Shown: positions 9,449 to 19,205 of the stretch, piece by piece
Numbering within the stretch: position 1 is the stretch's first letter
How the letters are laid out: every line of letters starts with the position of its first letter
Source: Bacillus subtilis subsp. subtilis str. 168
Lineage (GTDB): Bacteria > Bacillota > Bacilli > Bacillales > Bacillaceae
Assembly: GCF_000009045.1 (NCBI RefSeq)
Contig: NC_000964.3
Span: forward strand, 3,720,001-3,752,000
Direction of reading: 5' to 3'
DNA length: 32,000 bases
The notes under the pieces: model-generated
The model's input: only the letters and a program-made list of their open reading frames with translations
Database searches by the model: none
Told to the model about the DNA's origin: nothing
Position numbers and translations under genes: made by a program

Positions 9449-9483
9449 GAAAAAAAGACTGGTGCGCAACCAGCCTTTCTTTT
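9449..9483 (-). terminator. Terminator downstream of ywqF
   Basis: Minus strand: aaaggctggttgcgcaccagtctttttt. Confidence 0.75.
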
Positions 9484-9487
9484 TCAT

Positions 9488-10810
9488 CTATTGAATTGCA
9501 CCTGACGGAACAACCGCCTTCCGTCCGACAGAATAATACTCCACTCCTGCAGCCAAAGCCTCATCCAATGTGTAGCAGTTTCTGCCGTCAAATATGAGCG
9601 GCGTTTCCATCAAATCCTGATAAGCCGCTAACGGGAATTGTTTAATGTCAGCCCAGTCGGTTAAAATCATGACGGCGTCAGACCCTTTGACAGCTTCCTC
9701 GATCGTCTCTTTATATTCAACAGCTTGCGGGAGAACATGCTTTGCATGGCTAACTGCAATGGGATCGTAGGCTCTGATACGGGCGTCGAGCGCAGCGAGA
9801 CGGTCTGCAATAACAATTGACGGCGCTTCTCTCATATCGTCGGTATTCGGTTTAAATGACAGGCCTAAAAGGGCAATCGTTTTTCCCGTCACCCCACCGA
9901 GCCTGTTCAGCGCTTTATCAACCAGCATCGCCTGCTGATTGTTGTTGACTTTGATAACGGATTTCAGCAGTTCAAAATCATGCTCGACATTGCCGGCAAT
10001 TTGCACGAGGGCGTTTGTGTCCTTTGGAAAACAAGAGCCGCCGTAGCCTATGCCCGCTTTTAAAAACTGGCTCCCGATCCGCTTATCCTGTCCCATCCCG
10101 TATGCGACTGCTTCAATATCGGCGCCGACCTTTTCACATATATTCGAAATTTCGTTTATAAAACTGATCTTAGTGGCCAGAAAAGCATTTGAGGCATATT
10201 TGATCATCTCGGCGCTTCTGATATCCGTTTGGTAAATCGGGATTTGAAACGGACGGAAGAGCTCCTCCAGCGTATTTGCTGTTTTCTCATCGGCCGTCCC
10301 GATCACGATCCTGTCACCATGAAAGGTATCATAGATCGCCGACCCCTCACGCAAAAATTCCGGATTGGATGCGACCGAAATACTGACAGGCTCCGCTAGA
10401 TGTTCAGTAATCAGTCCATTAATCAAATCGTTTGTCCCAACGGGCACTGTGCTTTTCGTTACCACGACTGTATCTCGTTTGACATGCTTTGCGATGCGTT
10501 TGGCCGCATCTGTAATTTGCTCCAGATTGGCGTGCCCGTCGCTTTTCTGCGGTGTGCCGACCGCTATAAAAATGATGTCTGCCTGTGCCAAGCCTTTCTC
10601 ATAGCTCGTTTCAAAGTTCAGCCGTCCATCAGCTGTATTTTTTCTCATCAGCTCTTCAAGACCTGGTTCAAATATGGGGGAAATGCCCTTTCTCATTTCA
10701 TCAATCTTGTGAGCGTCAATATCAATGCAGGTTACATGATGTCCAATCTCAGAAAGAGAAACACCTGTCACAAGACCGACATAGCCTGTTCCGATGACTG
10801 TTATATTCAT
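9488..10810 (-). CDS. ywqF: UDP-glucose/GDP-mannose 6-dehydrogenase family protein
   Basis: 440 aa from MNITVIGTGYVGLVTGVSLSEIGH; GGSCFPKDTNAL catalytic motif. The track start at 10945 adds a non-homologous leader. Confidence 0.94.
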   Translation of the reverse strand: MNITVIGTGYVGLVTGVSLSEIGHHVTCIDIDAHKIDEMRKGISPIFEPGLEELMRKNTADGRLNFETSYEKGLAQADIIFIAVGTPQKSDGHANLEQITDAAKRIAKHVKRDTVVVTKSTVPVGTNDLINGLITEHLAEPVSISVASNPEFLREGSAIYDTFHGDRIVIGTADEKTANTLEELFRPFQIPIYQTDIRSAEMIKYASNAFLATKISFINEISNICEKVGADIEAVAYGMGQDKRIGSQFLKAGIGYGGSCFPKDTNALVQIAGNVEHDFELLKSVIKVNNNQQAMLVDKALNRLGGVTGKTIALLGLSFKPNTDDMREAPSIVIADRLAALDARIRAYDPIAVSHAKHVLPQAVEYKETIEEAVKGSDAVMILTDWADIKQFPLAAYQDLMETPLIFDGRNCYTLDEALAAGVEYYSVGRKAVVPSGAIQ

Positions 10811-11004
10811 TGTTTCCCTCCAACAGTTAAATTGCTGCTTTGCAGCTTCCGTAATATCGTATGAGAACATCCTATCATGAATGCGAATGATCTCCCGCAT
10901 AGCCTGTCGGGTACAGCCTGTACAGATTTCTGAAATGTGATTCAACCATACAATACACTATTATATCGCTCTCAAAAAGAAAGTGGTGAAATGAGAATCG
11001 GCTG

Positions 11005-11769
11005 TTAAAAAAAACCAAACAATTTTCTTCTTTTGACCGGCTGCGGAGGCTGTCTGAAGATGGTCTGATTCCGCAGGAGAAGCTCTGCATTTTCCGTCAG
11101 CATATAAGGAAGTTCCGAGCCGAATTCTTTCTCTAGAACATAAAGAGCCTCTTGAGTGTGAAAATTTCTCGTTTTCACATTATGGGCATCTGAGGCTACG
11201 AAATGGATCAAATTGGCTTCAACCAGCCGGAGAGAAAATGCTTTCAGCTGCTTGCCGAAGATCCCCGCAAGACTTCCTGAAGTAATCTGAGATGCTGCTC
11301 CTTTTTCCACAAGATGATACAGCAAGGACGGGTTTTCGCGAATTTCCCTGTTGCGTTCAGGATGGGCGATAACCGGAATATATCCTTTCAGCTGCAAATC
11401 ATAAAAAAGCTGCTCCGCATATCGGGGAACGTGATCAAACGGAAACTCAATCAAGATGTATTTTGTATCATTCAGCGAAAGCAGCTGACGTTTGGCAAGG
11501 TCTTGTTCCACCTCGCCGTAGATTCTGATTTCCTGTCCCGGAAGCACATGTAAAGGAATGTCTTCTTTGATTAAACGTTTGTTTAACTGATCTGCTGCTT
11601 CTCTGACTGCGGCTGGCTCGTTTTTATACACACCGTTGTTATGATGAGGTGTCGCAATGATCGTCCGGATTCCCTGACGAACAGCTGCTCTTGCCATTTC
11701 TATGCTGTCGGCCGAATCACCTGCCCCGTCATCCATTGCGGGAAGAATGTGACAGTGAATATCGATCAT
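11005..11769 (-). CDS. ywqE: PHP-type protein tyrosine phosphatase
   Basis: 254 aa; MIDIHCHILPAMDDGAGDSADSIEMARAAVRQGIRTIIATPHHNNGVY...HFVASDAHN; RBS aagggggc upstream. Confidence 0.93.
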   Translation of the reverse strand: MIDIHCHILPAMDDGAGDSADSIEMARAAVRQGIRTIIATPHHNNGVYKNEPAAVREAADQLNKRLIKEDIPLHVLPGQEIRIYGEVEQDLAKRQLLSLNDTKYILIEFPFDHVPRYAEQLFYDLQLKGYIPVIAHPERNREIRENPSLLYHLVEKGAASQITSGSLAGIFGKQLKAFSLRLVEANLIHFVASDAHNVKTRNFHTQEALYVLEKEFGSELPYMLTENAELLLRNQTIFRQPPQPVKRRKLFGFF

Positions 11770-11788
11770 GTCCTAGCCCCCTTTTTTC

Positions 11789-11831
11789 GCAAAAATAAAT
11801 AACGGGCACGATGCACGTTATTTATTTTTGC
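11789..11831. repeat. Perfect 16-bp inverted repeat at the ywqD 3' end / ywqD-ywqE junction
   Basis: gcaaaaataaataacg - ggcacgatgca - cgttatttatttttgc; 11-nt loop; overlaps the ywqD stop codon. Confidence 0.9.
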
Positions 11832-12535
11832 ATGAAATTGTCCTTGGTTCCGTAATATCCGTATTCAGAGTGCTTCGAAAGCTTTTTGCCGTTCATAATC
11901 GCCCCAAGGAGCTTGCTTTTGCACGTTGCAAGCGCCTCTTTCGCTTTTGCGGCTTGTTCTTTTTCTGTTTTCCCGCTTGAAATAACCAGAACAGAACCGT
12001 CTGCCACGTTGCCTAAAATCTGTGCATCTGCTACGGCAAGAATAGGCGGCGTATCAAAAATGACCATATCATATGCCGCACACGCTTCGTATGCAAGCTC
12101 CTTCATCCACTTCGAGGAGAGAAGCTCGGCCGGGTTTGGCGGGATCGGGCCGCTCGTCAGCACGTCAAGATGTTTTTCATTCGATGCTTGTACAGCCTGC
12201 TCCATAGAGCTTTTCTTTAATAAAACAGATGTTAAGCCAACCGTATTTTCAAGAAAAAAAGCCGTATGTACTGTTGGTTTTCGCAAATCAGCATCAATCA
12301 GGAGCACTTTTTTTCCCTGTTGGGCGAATACGACAGCCAGGTTGGCGGCCGTTGTTGATTTTCCTTCCCCCGGACAAGCCGATGTAATCATGACTGATTT
12401 CATTTGCCGGTCCACTGAAGCAAATTCTATATTCGTGCGAATCGTCCGATATTGTTCAGAGTTCAAGGATTTCGGCTCTGTCATTGCAATGACATTTCTC
12501 TGCATCCGCGAGCCTCTGTTTTTTCTAAGCGCCAA
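11822..12535 (-). CDS. ywqD: Bacterial protein-tyrosine kinase (BY-kinase) PtkA
   Basis: SACPGEGKSTTAANLAVVFAQQGKKVLLIDADLRKPT (Walker A/A'), VIFDTPPIL (Walker B), C-terminal Tyr cluster HSEYGYYGTKDNFMQK. Start taken as TTG at 12535 (MALRKNRGSRMQRN). Confidence 0.93.
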   Translation of the reverse strand: MALRKNRGSRMQRNVIAMTEPKSLNSEQYRTIRTNIEFASVDRQMKSVMITSACPGEGKSTTAANLAVVFAQQGKKVLLIDADLRKPTVHTAFFLENTVGLTSVLLKKSSMEQAVQASNEKHLDVLTSGPIPPNPAELLSSKWMKELAYEACAAYDMVIFDTPPILAVADAQILGNVADGSVLVISSGKTEKEQAAKAKEALATCKSKLLGAIMNGKKLSKHSEYGYYGTKDNFMQK

Positions 12536-13271
12536 AATGTCCACTCCCCGTTTTTTCAGATTGGAAACCCTGTAAGGTCTTTGCTGTTTTCTGCTCATTC
12601 GCAATGGTGGAAACTGTCCCTAAAACAGGTATGTCCAGCAAGGATTCGAGCTGCTCTTCCGATTTGATCGTATTATCCAAATGCTCAAGCAGGAAGGCCA
12701 GTCCGATGCTTCCCGCCAATCCGGCCGCAAACGCGATGGCAATGTTTAGTAGCGGCTTTGGCGATACAGGGGACGGGTGTTCTGAAACCTCGGCTTTTGA
12801 CAGAATGCTGACATTGTCAACATTCATAATGGATGTGATTTTGTCTTGAAAAACAGATGCTATAGTATTGGCAATATGAGCCGCTGTTTCCGCGTTTTCA
12901 TCCCTGACTGATATGTTGACCACTTGGGAGTCCTGTTCGCTGGATACGGTAATTTTGTCATTCAGTTCTTGGGATGTCATCGACAGGCCCATTTCTTTAA
13001 TGACTTCATCTAAGATGGCAGGGCTCTTAATGATGACATTGTACGTATTGATTAACTGAAGATTGGTTTGGACATCGTTAAATTGGACTTCTTTTCGTTC
13101 ATTTTTCGATTGGTTGACCAGAATCTGAGTTGAATTTTCATAGATGGGTGTAAGTGCGAAGAAACTAATGAGTCCGCCGGCAGCAGTGGCAGCCGCGGTT
13201 ACAATCATAATCAAAAGTATGCGTTTTGTTAACGTTGATAATATCTCTTTTAAGCTTGTAGATTCTCCCAT
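12525..13271 (-). CDS. ywqC: Wzz-like transmembrane modulator of the tyrosine kinase
   Basis: 248 aa from MGESTSLKEILSTLTKRILLIMIVTAAATAAGGLISF; Wzz fold with PVSPKPLLNIAIAFAAGLAGSIGLAFLLEHLDNTI. Confidence 0.92.
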   Translation of the reverse strand: MGESTSLKEILSTLTKRILLIMIVTAAATAAGGLISFFALTPIYENSTQILVNQSKNERKEVQFNDVQTNLQLINTYNVIIKSPAILDEVIKEMGLSMTSQELNDKITVSSEQDSQVVNISVRDENAETAAHIANTIASVFQDKITSIMNVDNVSILSKAEVSEHPSPVSPKPLLNIAIAFAAGLAGSIGLAFLLEHLDNTIKSEEQLESLLDIPVLGTVSTIANEQKTAKTLQGFQSEKTGSGHFGA

Positions 13272-13473
13272 GATACCTCCAAATCTCTTATAACATCCTT
13301 TTCCATCTACGATTATACAACGTTGAAACCGCATTTCTCCAGCTTTTCACGTGACATAATTCGACATTTTTTTACAATGCGTTATGTTAGTACTTTTTAT
13401 GTAAGCGCTATATTTACTGTGTTGACAGTGCTGTCTCATTTTCTCTTATTCGGGCAGTCACGTTCTCTCGCAT

Positions 13474-13506
13474 AAAAAAATCCCGCTAAAGGCGTGCGGG
13501 ATTTTT
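13474..13506 (-). terminator. Rho-independent terminator downstream of the small ORF at 13505-13648
   Basis: aaaaaaatcccgc-taaaggcgt-gcgggattttt. Confidence 0.8.
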
Positions 13507-13648
13507 ATGTTGCATATCCATTTTTAATATGAGAAATCAAATTTTCAAGCATTTCCTTCGTCGTCATCTCAGATGACTGCTCACCAATTTCATGTGCATG
13601 CATCAAAATTTTCAGAAATTCTTCTTGATTCAATTTCTTTTCACTCAT
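13505..13648 (-). CDS. ywzD: Small conserved-looking protein (47 aa)
   Basis: Not in ORF track. MSEKKLNQEEFLKILMHAHEIGEQSSEMTTKEMLENLISHIKNGYAT with an upstream gaaagg RBS and its own terminator. Symbol assigned from memory of B. subtilis order. Confidence 0.7.
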   Translation of the reverse strand: MSEKKLNQEEFLKILMHAHEIGEQSSEMTTKEMLENLISHIKNGYAT

Positions 13649-13851
13649 CTTTTTTTTCCTTTCAGCTTCCATTAAGTTGAAAACACGATTATTATATGAT
13701 GCTGGTTATCAATTTGCAATCTCTAATACATCATTCGACACATCCTATTTTTTATGTCCTTTTTTAGGAAAAACTTTTTAAGGCCGATGTGTTGCGATAT
13801 AATAGAGAAATTGGATCTTTTTATTACGTGACTCGGTTAGGAGCGATAATC

Positions 13852-15462
13852 ATGCTTCAGAATATGATTTCCAAAGACGATGTGCTGGCATCTGCTGAAC
13901 AGTTAAAAGAACTTCTTCCTTACAATGAGGAAAATGTTCAGCTGATCAAAAAAGCCCTTATTTTATATCGGCAGGATTCAGTCTATCGTTTACAAGCAGT
14001 GAGTCCGACGGAAGTTACGGCTTACGTGCAGGATGTTGTGCCTGTGCGGGTCACATTGAACTTGTTTGTCATAGTCAAAAGCGGCTGTTCATGTCCGTCC
14101 GGAAGAATCTGCCGCCATATGCTGGCTGTGTTTTTATATGTATATGCAATGTTCGAGCGAGTGGGTACTTTTACAGAGTATTGGCTGGAGAGGGAAAAGC
14201 TTGAGGAAAGCAAAGAGCTCGTCCGCCGCCAGTTTCAGGAAAAGGTGCTGCCTAATGAAGAATCACTTTCAAGCTGGCTTGCTTTTTTTGATTCAGAGTT
14301 TTCTCTCTGGCAGGCACGTACGCCAGAAGGCAGCCAAAACATGCAGGGCCTCTATTACGGCTACCTGTCCGCATTAAAAAAACATGCGCCGAACAAGCCG
14401 GAGCTGAAAAGCCTGTATCAGATTCATTCCGCGATTGCGGTTTGGCTTCGCATGTTCACATTGATTGAAGCGGGCAAGCTAAACCCCGAACAAGATTTTT
14501 ATTCCCTCAATCCGTACGTTGAACAGCTGATGGATACAATCTACAGCTCTATTGATAAATTAAAAACGTACGCGCTGTCTTTTGCGCTTGATCCGTTTTT
14601 GGATAAAACACCGGATGTTATCCGGCATTTGCTGTTGAAAGAAGAAATTTTCCAATATGAACGCATCCGCGTCTTCGGTGAAATTTGGAGTGCGCTGCTG
14701 TCGCGGCCAAAATGGGTGGCACGCGAACAGGAGATATTGAAAAAAGAAGCAGGACGGCGTTTTTCTCCCGAATTGCAATTCGGGCGCCTGCATTTGGAAT
14801 TCCTGCAAAAAAATGATGACGTTATTTTTGAGGAAGCGGATCAATTCCCGCCGGAAGCGCTCCCTTATACATTCCAATGGCTGAGTGAAATGACTGCCAA
14901 GAAGGACTGGAAACGGCTTAAAACATGGTACCAGCAAATTGAACCAATTGCGATGGGTTATACGAAGCTGGATAAGCCGTTTAAAGAGATTCGCGATGTG
15001 ATCGGCGAGCTGTTCCTTCTGTTGAATGCCTATGTGCAGCAAACCAATGATCAAGCGCTGTTTGAGCGCTTTGCCGCGGGCTGTCTGCCGTATACGTTCA
15101 CAGAATACAGCCATCATTTATATGAAAAAAAACGCTATGCCGAGTGGATTGAAATTCATAGCCTTGTCGGCTTTTCCATCAATGAAATGGATAAAATGAT
15201 GCTCAAGGAAATTGCAGCGAGCGACCCTGAGGCGCTTATACCGGCTTACCATAGAGAAGTGGCTTTTTTCATTGATCAGAAGAACCGTAGCTCGTACAAG
15301 GAAGCCGCCCGGTATTTGAAAAAATTGCGCACCCTGTACAAAAAAGCGAAAAAGCAGAAGGTGTGGGAGCGGTATATTCAGCTGCTGAGCTCGCATTACA
15401 AGCGCCTGCGTGCGCTTCAAGAAGAACTGCAGAAAGGAAAGTTGATTGATGGCGAGTCTTAA
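13852..15462 (+). CDS. ywqB: SWIM zinc-finger domain protein
   Basis: 536 aa from MLQNMISKDDVLASAEQLKELL; SWIM motif CSCPSGRICRHMLAVFLY. Confidence 0.9.
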   Translation: MLQNMISKDDVLASAEQLKELLPYNEENVQLIKKALILYRQDSVYRLQAVSPTEVTAYVQDVVPVRVTLNLFVIVKSGCSCPSGRICRHMLAVFLYVYAMFERVGTFTEYWLEREKLEESKELVRRQFQEKVLPNEESLSSWLAFFDSEFSLWQARTPEGSQNMQGLYYGYLSALKKHAPNKPELKSLYQIHSAIAVWLRMFTLIEAGKLNPEQDFYSLNPYVEQLMDTIYSSIDKLKTYALSFALDPFLDKTPDVIRHLLLKEEIFQYERIRVFGEIWSALLSRPKWVAREQEILKKEAGRRFSPELQFGRLHLEFLQKNDDVIFEEADQFPPEALPYTFQWLSEMTAKKDWKRLKTWYQQIEPIAMGYTKLDKPFKEIRDVIGELFLLLNAYVQQTNDQALFERFAAGCLPYTFTEYSHHLYEKKRYAEWIEIHSLVGFSINEMDKMMLKEIAASDPEALIPAYHREVAFFIDQKNRSSYKEAARYLKKLRTLYKKAKKQKVWERYIQLLSSHYKRLRALQEELQKGKLIDGES

Positions 15463-18217
15463 AGAAATTCTCATCCACGTCGAACAAATGGAAGATGGGT
15501 CATTTACGCTCTCAGCCTTTGATGAGAATGAGCAGCCTCTTCCCTACAGCCATATGAAAAAGCATTTGTTCCAATGGCATGAATCCTCATTTTACGGAAC
15601 CTTTCTAGAGGATGTCAGCTTCATCGGGACGACTGCTGTCCTTCTATCTCCATGGATGACTGTAGAGCTTCTCGGCAAAAACTCGTTCAACTCATTCAGC
15701 TCCGTGCAGCTTACAGAAGAAACGGAGCCGCTGATCGAGGCGGCATCGACCATCTATGAATTTATCGCGGACGGCGATTTTATGCCTGACTATGACGCAT
15801 GGACAAACGGTGTTTTTCGCTGGAAGGACCGCGATAATATACTGGAAGGCTTTACTGCGGAATGGTTTTCCGCTGCCGTACAGGATTACATCCAGTACGA
15901 CGATGACCTGCGGGAGAAATGGGAACATATCAAGGAAAAATCGCCTGCGGTTACGACATTCCGTGGCCATTTTCTTGATGAAGAGGATTTTCTGGAAGGC
16001 ATTGGCTGGATTGACGATCAATCTCCATTTACTGTCGGCTTGCGCTTAAATGAACCGGACTTTGACGGAGACGAATGGAAGATCGAGATGTTTTTACGCG
16101 ATAAAAAGAGCGGTGCTGTAGAATTCTTTGACGGACTGAAGAGCCTCAAAAAATCGTGGCAGGCGTACAGCGATAAAATCGCGCGTGAGCAGGACCGCTT
16201 TCACAGAACGGTTCCGTGGCTGTCGTTTGATTCCGGGACAACGCTGATCTCGGAGGAAGAAGCCTGGATCTTCCTGTCAGAAGCAAGTGAGACGCTTGTC
16301 GATATGGGGGTAGAAATCCTCCTGCCGTCCTGGTGGCAGATTGTCAGAGACAGCAACATGATGCTGAAAGCAAAGGTGTCTTCCTCCCCGCGCGGCGAGT
16401 CATTTGTCGGCATGAATGCACTGCTTGATTTCAACTGGCGGTTTGCGACAAATGGAATTGAACTGACTGAGGCTGAATTTAATGAGCTTGTCGCCAGCAA
16501 CAGGCGCCTTGTTAATATCCGCGGGCAATGGGTTAAAATCGATCCGCAGTTTATCAAACAGATGAAACGCCTGATGGAAAAAGCAGAATCAGAGGGACTC
16601 CACATGTCTGATATTCTGGCGCGGGAGCTAATGGATCAGCAGGATGGCGGACTTGAGGATTCGGACCTGATTGATACATCTGCTTTTGCCGGCATTCAGT
16701 TTGATCTGTCTAAACAGCTCAGGTCACTGATTCGAAAGCTCACTGCCGCGGAAAACCTGCCGGAGCACAAAGTCAGTCCTTCTTTCAAAGGAACGCTCCG
16801 CCCTTATCAGAAATACGGCATGAACTGGCTGCTGTTTCTGCGGGAAAGCGGTTTTGGCGCCTGTCTGGCTGACGATATGGGGCTTGGGAAAACGATTCAA
16901 ATGATCGCCTATTTCCTTCACGTGAAGGAAAGCGGCCGACAAAAAACGCCTCATTTGATTATTGCGCCGACATCCGTACTTGGCAACTGGCAGCGGGAGC
17001 TTCAAACCTTTGCCCCTGATCTGTCTGTCGCGCTCCATTATGGGCCGCGCCGGCCAAAGGGTGATGATTTCGCCGCGCATTATGAAAACGCAGACGTGGT
17101 GCTCACTTCATACGGTCTGTCACATGCCGATACTGAAGAGCTTTCTTCTGTGACATGGAACACGATCTGCCTTGATGAAGCGCAAAATATTAAAAACGCG
17201 CATACGAAGCAATCACGCGCAATCAGGAAGCTGAAGGGGCTTCACCATATCGCGCTGAGCGGCACGCCGATGGAAAACCGACTGACTGAGCTGTGGTCTA
17301 TTTTTGACTTCATGAATAAAGGCTACCTCGGCAGTTTGACCGGCTTCCATAAACGCTATGTGCTGCCGATCGAAAAAGACCGGGACGAAAAGAGAATCGG
17401 ACAGCTTCAGCAATTAATCCGGCCATTCCTTCTCCGCCGGACGAAACGGGATGAAGAGGTCGCGCTTAATCTTCCTGAGAAGCTGGAAGAAAAAGAATTT
17501 ATCCCTCTGTCAGCCGAGCAGGCATCCCTTTATGAGCAGCTCGTCAAAGACACTTTTGACCATATGACATCCCTGACCGGCATGCAGCGAAAAGCGCTGA
17601 TCCTCAGCATGCTTGGACGGCTCAAGCAAATATGCGATCATCCCGCGCTTTATTTAAAGGAAGAGCAAACCGAGCTGCTGGCCGGCAGATCAGTCAAGCT
17701 CGAAAAATTGCTGGAACTGATGACAGCGATCCGCGCCCAAAACGAAAGCTGCCTGATTTTCACGCAATACATTCAGATGGGGAACATGATGAAGCGGCTG
17801 CTTGAAAAAACGTTCGGGGAACCTGTGCAATTTTTAAATGGGAGTCTCTCCAAGCAAGAGCGGGATACACTCGTTGAGAAATTTCAAAGGAAAGAATATC
17901 CGACACTGATTCTTTCACTCAAAGCTGGAGGCACCGGACTTAATTTGACCGCCGCCAATCACGTCATCCATTATGACAGATGGTGGAACCCGGCGGTTGA
18001 AAATCAAGCGACTGACCGTGCATACCGCATAGGCCAGGAGCGCTTTGTCCACGTTCATAAAATGATTACGACAGGAACAATCGAAGAAAAAATTGATGTC
18101 ATGCTTGAATCCAAGCAAACCCTGAACGATCAAATTATCCAAAGTGAAAACTGGATTACCGAGCTTTCCACACAGGAGCTCGAAGAATTGTTTACATTAA
18201 GCGCTACAGCGCAATAA
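15449..18217 (+). CDS. ywqA: SNF2-family DEAD/DEAH helicase-like ATPase
   Basis: 922 aa; DDMGLGKTIQMIAYF, LDEAQNIKN, LSGTPMENRLTELWSIFDF, ILSLKAGGTGLNLTAANHVIHYDRWWNPAVENQATDRAYRIGQ; overlaps the ywqB 3' end by 14 bp. Confidence 0.96.
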   Translation: MASLKEILIHVEQMEDGSFTLSAFDENEQPLPYSHMKKHLFQWHESSFYGTFLEDVSFIGTTAVLLSPWMTVELLGKNSFNSFSSVQLTEETEPLIEAASTIYEFIADGDFMPDYDAWTNGVFRWKDRDNILEGFTAEWFSAAVQDYIQYDDDLREKWEHIKEKSPAVTTFRGHFLDEEDFLEGIGWIDDQSPFTVGLRLNEPDFDGDEWKIEMFLRDKKSGAVEFFDGLKSLKKSWQAYSDKIAREQDRFHRTVPWLSFDSGTTLISEEEAWIFLSEASETLVDMGVEILLPSWWQIVRDSNMMLKAKVSSSPRGESFVGMNALLDFNWRFATNGIELTEAEFNELVASNRRLVNIRGQWVKIDPQFIKQMKRLMEKAESEGLHMSDILARELMDQQDGGLEDSDLIDTSAFAGIQFDLSKQLRSLIRKLTAAENLPEHKVSPSFKGTLRPYQKYGMNWLLFLRESGFGACLADDMGLGKTIQMIAYFLHVKESGRQKTPHLIIAPTSVLGNWQRELQTFAPDLSVALHYGPRRPKGDDFAAHYENADVVLTSYGLSHADTEELSSVTWNTICLDEAQNIKNAHTKQSRAIRKLKGLHHIALSGTPMENRLTELWSIFDFMNKGYLGSLTGFHKRYVLPIEKDRDEKRIGQLQQLIRPFLLRRTKRDEEVALNLPEKLEEKEFIPLSAEQASLYEQLVKDTFDHMTSLTGMQRKALILSMLGRLKQICDHPALYLKEEQTELLAGRSVKLEKLLELMTAIRAQNESCLIFTQYIQMGNMMKRLLEKTFGEPVQFLNGSLSKQERDTLVEKFQRKEYPTLILSLKAGGTGLNLTAANHVIHYDRWWNPAVENQATDRAYRIGQERFVHVHKMITTGTIEEKIDVMLESKQTLNDQIIQSENWITELSTQELEELFTLSATAQ

Positions 18218-18224
18218 TCATGAC

Positions 18225-18262
18225 TAAAAAAGCTGGCTCTAAAAGAGCCAGCTTTTTTCCGT
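18225..18262. terminator. Terminator between convergent ywqA and ywpJ
   Basis: aaaaaagctggctctaaaagagccagctttttt. Confidence 0.88.
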
Positions 18263-18342
18263 TCATAGCCGTCACGCCGAATTTCCAAAAAATCCGTTAC
18301 GCCGGTTATCAACAGGGTGCGCTTTTGTGGCAGCACATATAC

Positions 18343-19200
18343 TTACAACAAATGTTTCATCATATGTGCGACACCGTGTTCGTCATTGGTTAAGGTGACA
18401 GCATCGGCTATCGATTTGATGTCTTCCCGGGCATTGCCCATCGCTACACCTTTTCCCGCAGCCTCCAGCATCGATTTGTCATTTAAACTGTCACCTACAG
18501 CAGCAGTTTCCTCGAGCGGAATATTCAGCTGTTTTGCAAGCCTCTTCAGCGCCTGCCCCTTGGAAGCTTTGCGGGAAGAAAGCTCAAAGTTGTGCTCAGC
18601 CGAACTGACAAGCGTCAAATCTTCGGCATGCTCATATCTTTTCCAGCCTGCCTCAAGCTTTTCTTTGAAGAAAGAAAAGCCGAGAATATTGTAAAAATCG
18701 ATTGGCTCATCGGCTTCAAACAGCTCTTGAAAGGAGTTAATGTAAGCAAAGCCCGATTGGCTGTATTGCACCTCGGCCGCCTGCTTAAGGACAGAAAGAT
18801 CCGCTTCCGGATTTGCGCTTCTGAATCTGTCGAGCTCAACATCAAGAAGTTCTCTGCCGTTTTGCGGCGTATAAATCGCTGAACCTGTGAATACCTCATA
18901 ATAATAGTTTTCCGACTCAAGCCATGAGAGAATGTCATACGCCCGTTTCTTATCAATCGTTTCGTGATGATAAAGCCTGCCCTCGGGATCGTGAATGACG
19001 GCGCCGTTTGCACTGATGACCCATGTTTTGATCCCCAGCGGTTCAAAGATTGACATGACGTCAAAATGAGCGCGCCCAGTTGACACCACCACTTCAATGC
19101 CGTCCCGCTGCGCCTGCCGCAGTGCGTTTTCATTTTCCAAGCTTACCTGATGCTTGCTGTTGAGTAAGGTTCCATCTAAGTCAATCGCAATTAATTTCAC
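18343..19200 (-). CDS. ywpJ: Cof-type HAD phosphatase
   Basis: 285 aa; MKLIAIDLDGTLLNSKHQVS...KGQALKRLAKQLNIPLEETAAVGDSLNDKSMLEAAG. Confidence 0.93.
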   Translation of the reverse strand: MKLIAIDLDGTLLNSKHQVSLENENALRQAQRDGIEVVVSTGRAHFDVMSIFEPLGIKTWVISANGAVIHDPEGRLYHHETIDKKRAYDILSWLESENYYYEVFTGSAIYTPQNGRELLDVELDRFRSANPEADLSVLKQAAEVQYSQSGFAYINSFQELFEADEPIDFYNILGFSFFKEKLEAGWKRYEHAEDLTLVSSAEHNFELSSRKASKGQALKRLAKQLNIPLEETAAVGDSLNDKSMLEAAGKGVAMGNAREDIKSIADAVTLTNDEHGVAHMMKHLL

Positions 19201-19205
19201 GTTTG

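Noticed and set aside
11886-12575. 229-aa plus-strand ORF opposite ywqD
   Set aside because: Antisense shadow of the well-supported BY-kinase gene; low-complexity Ala/Ser/Thr/Phe composition, no domain.
14560-15117. 185-aa minus-strand ORF opposite ywqB
   Set aside because: Antisense to a strong coding gene; no recognisable motif.
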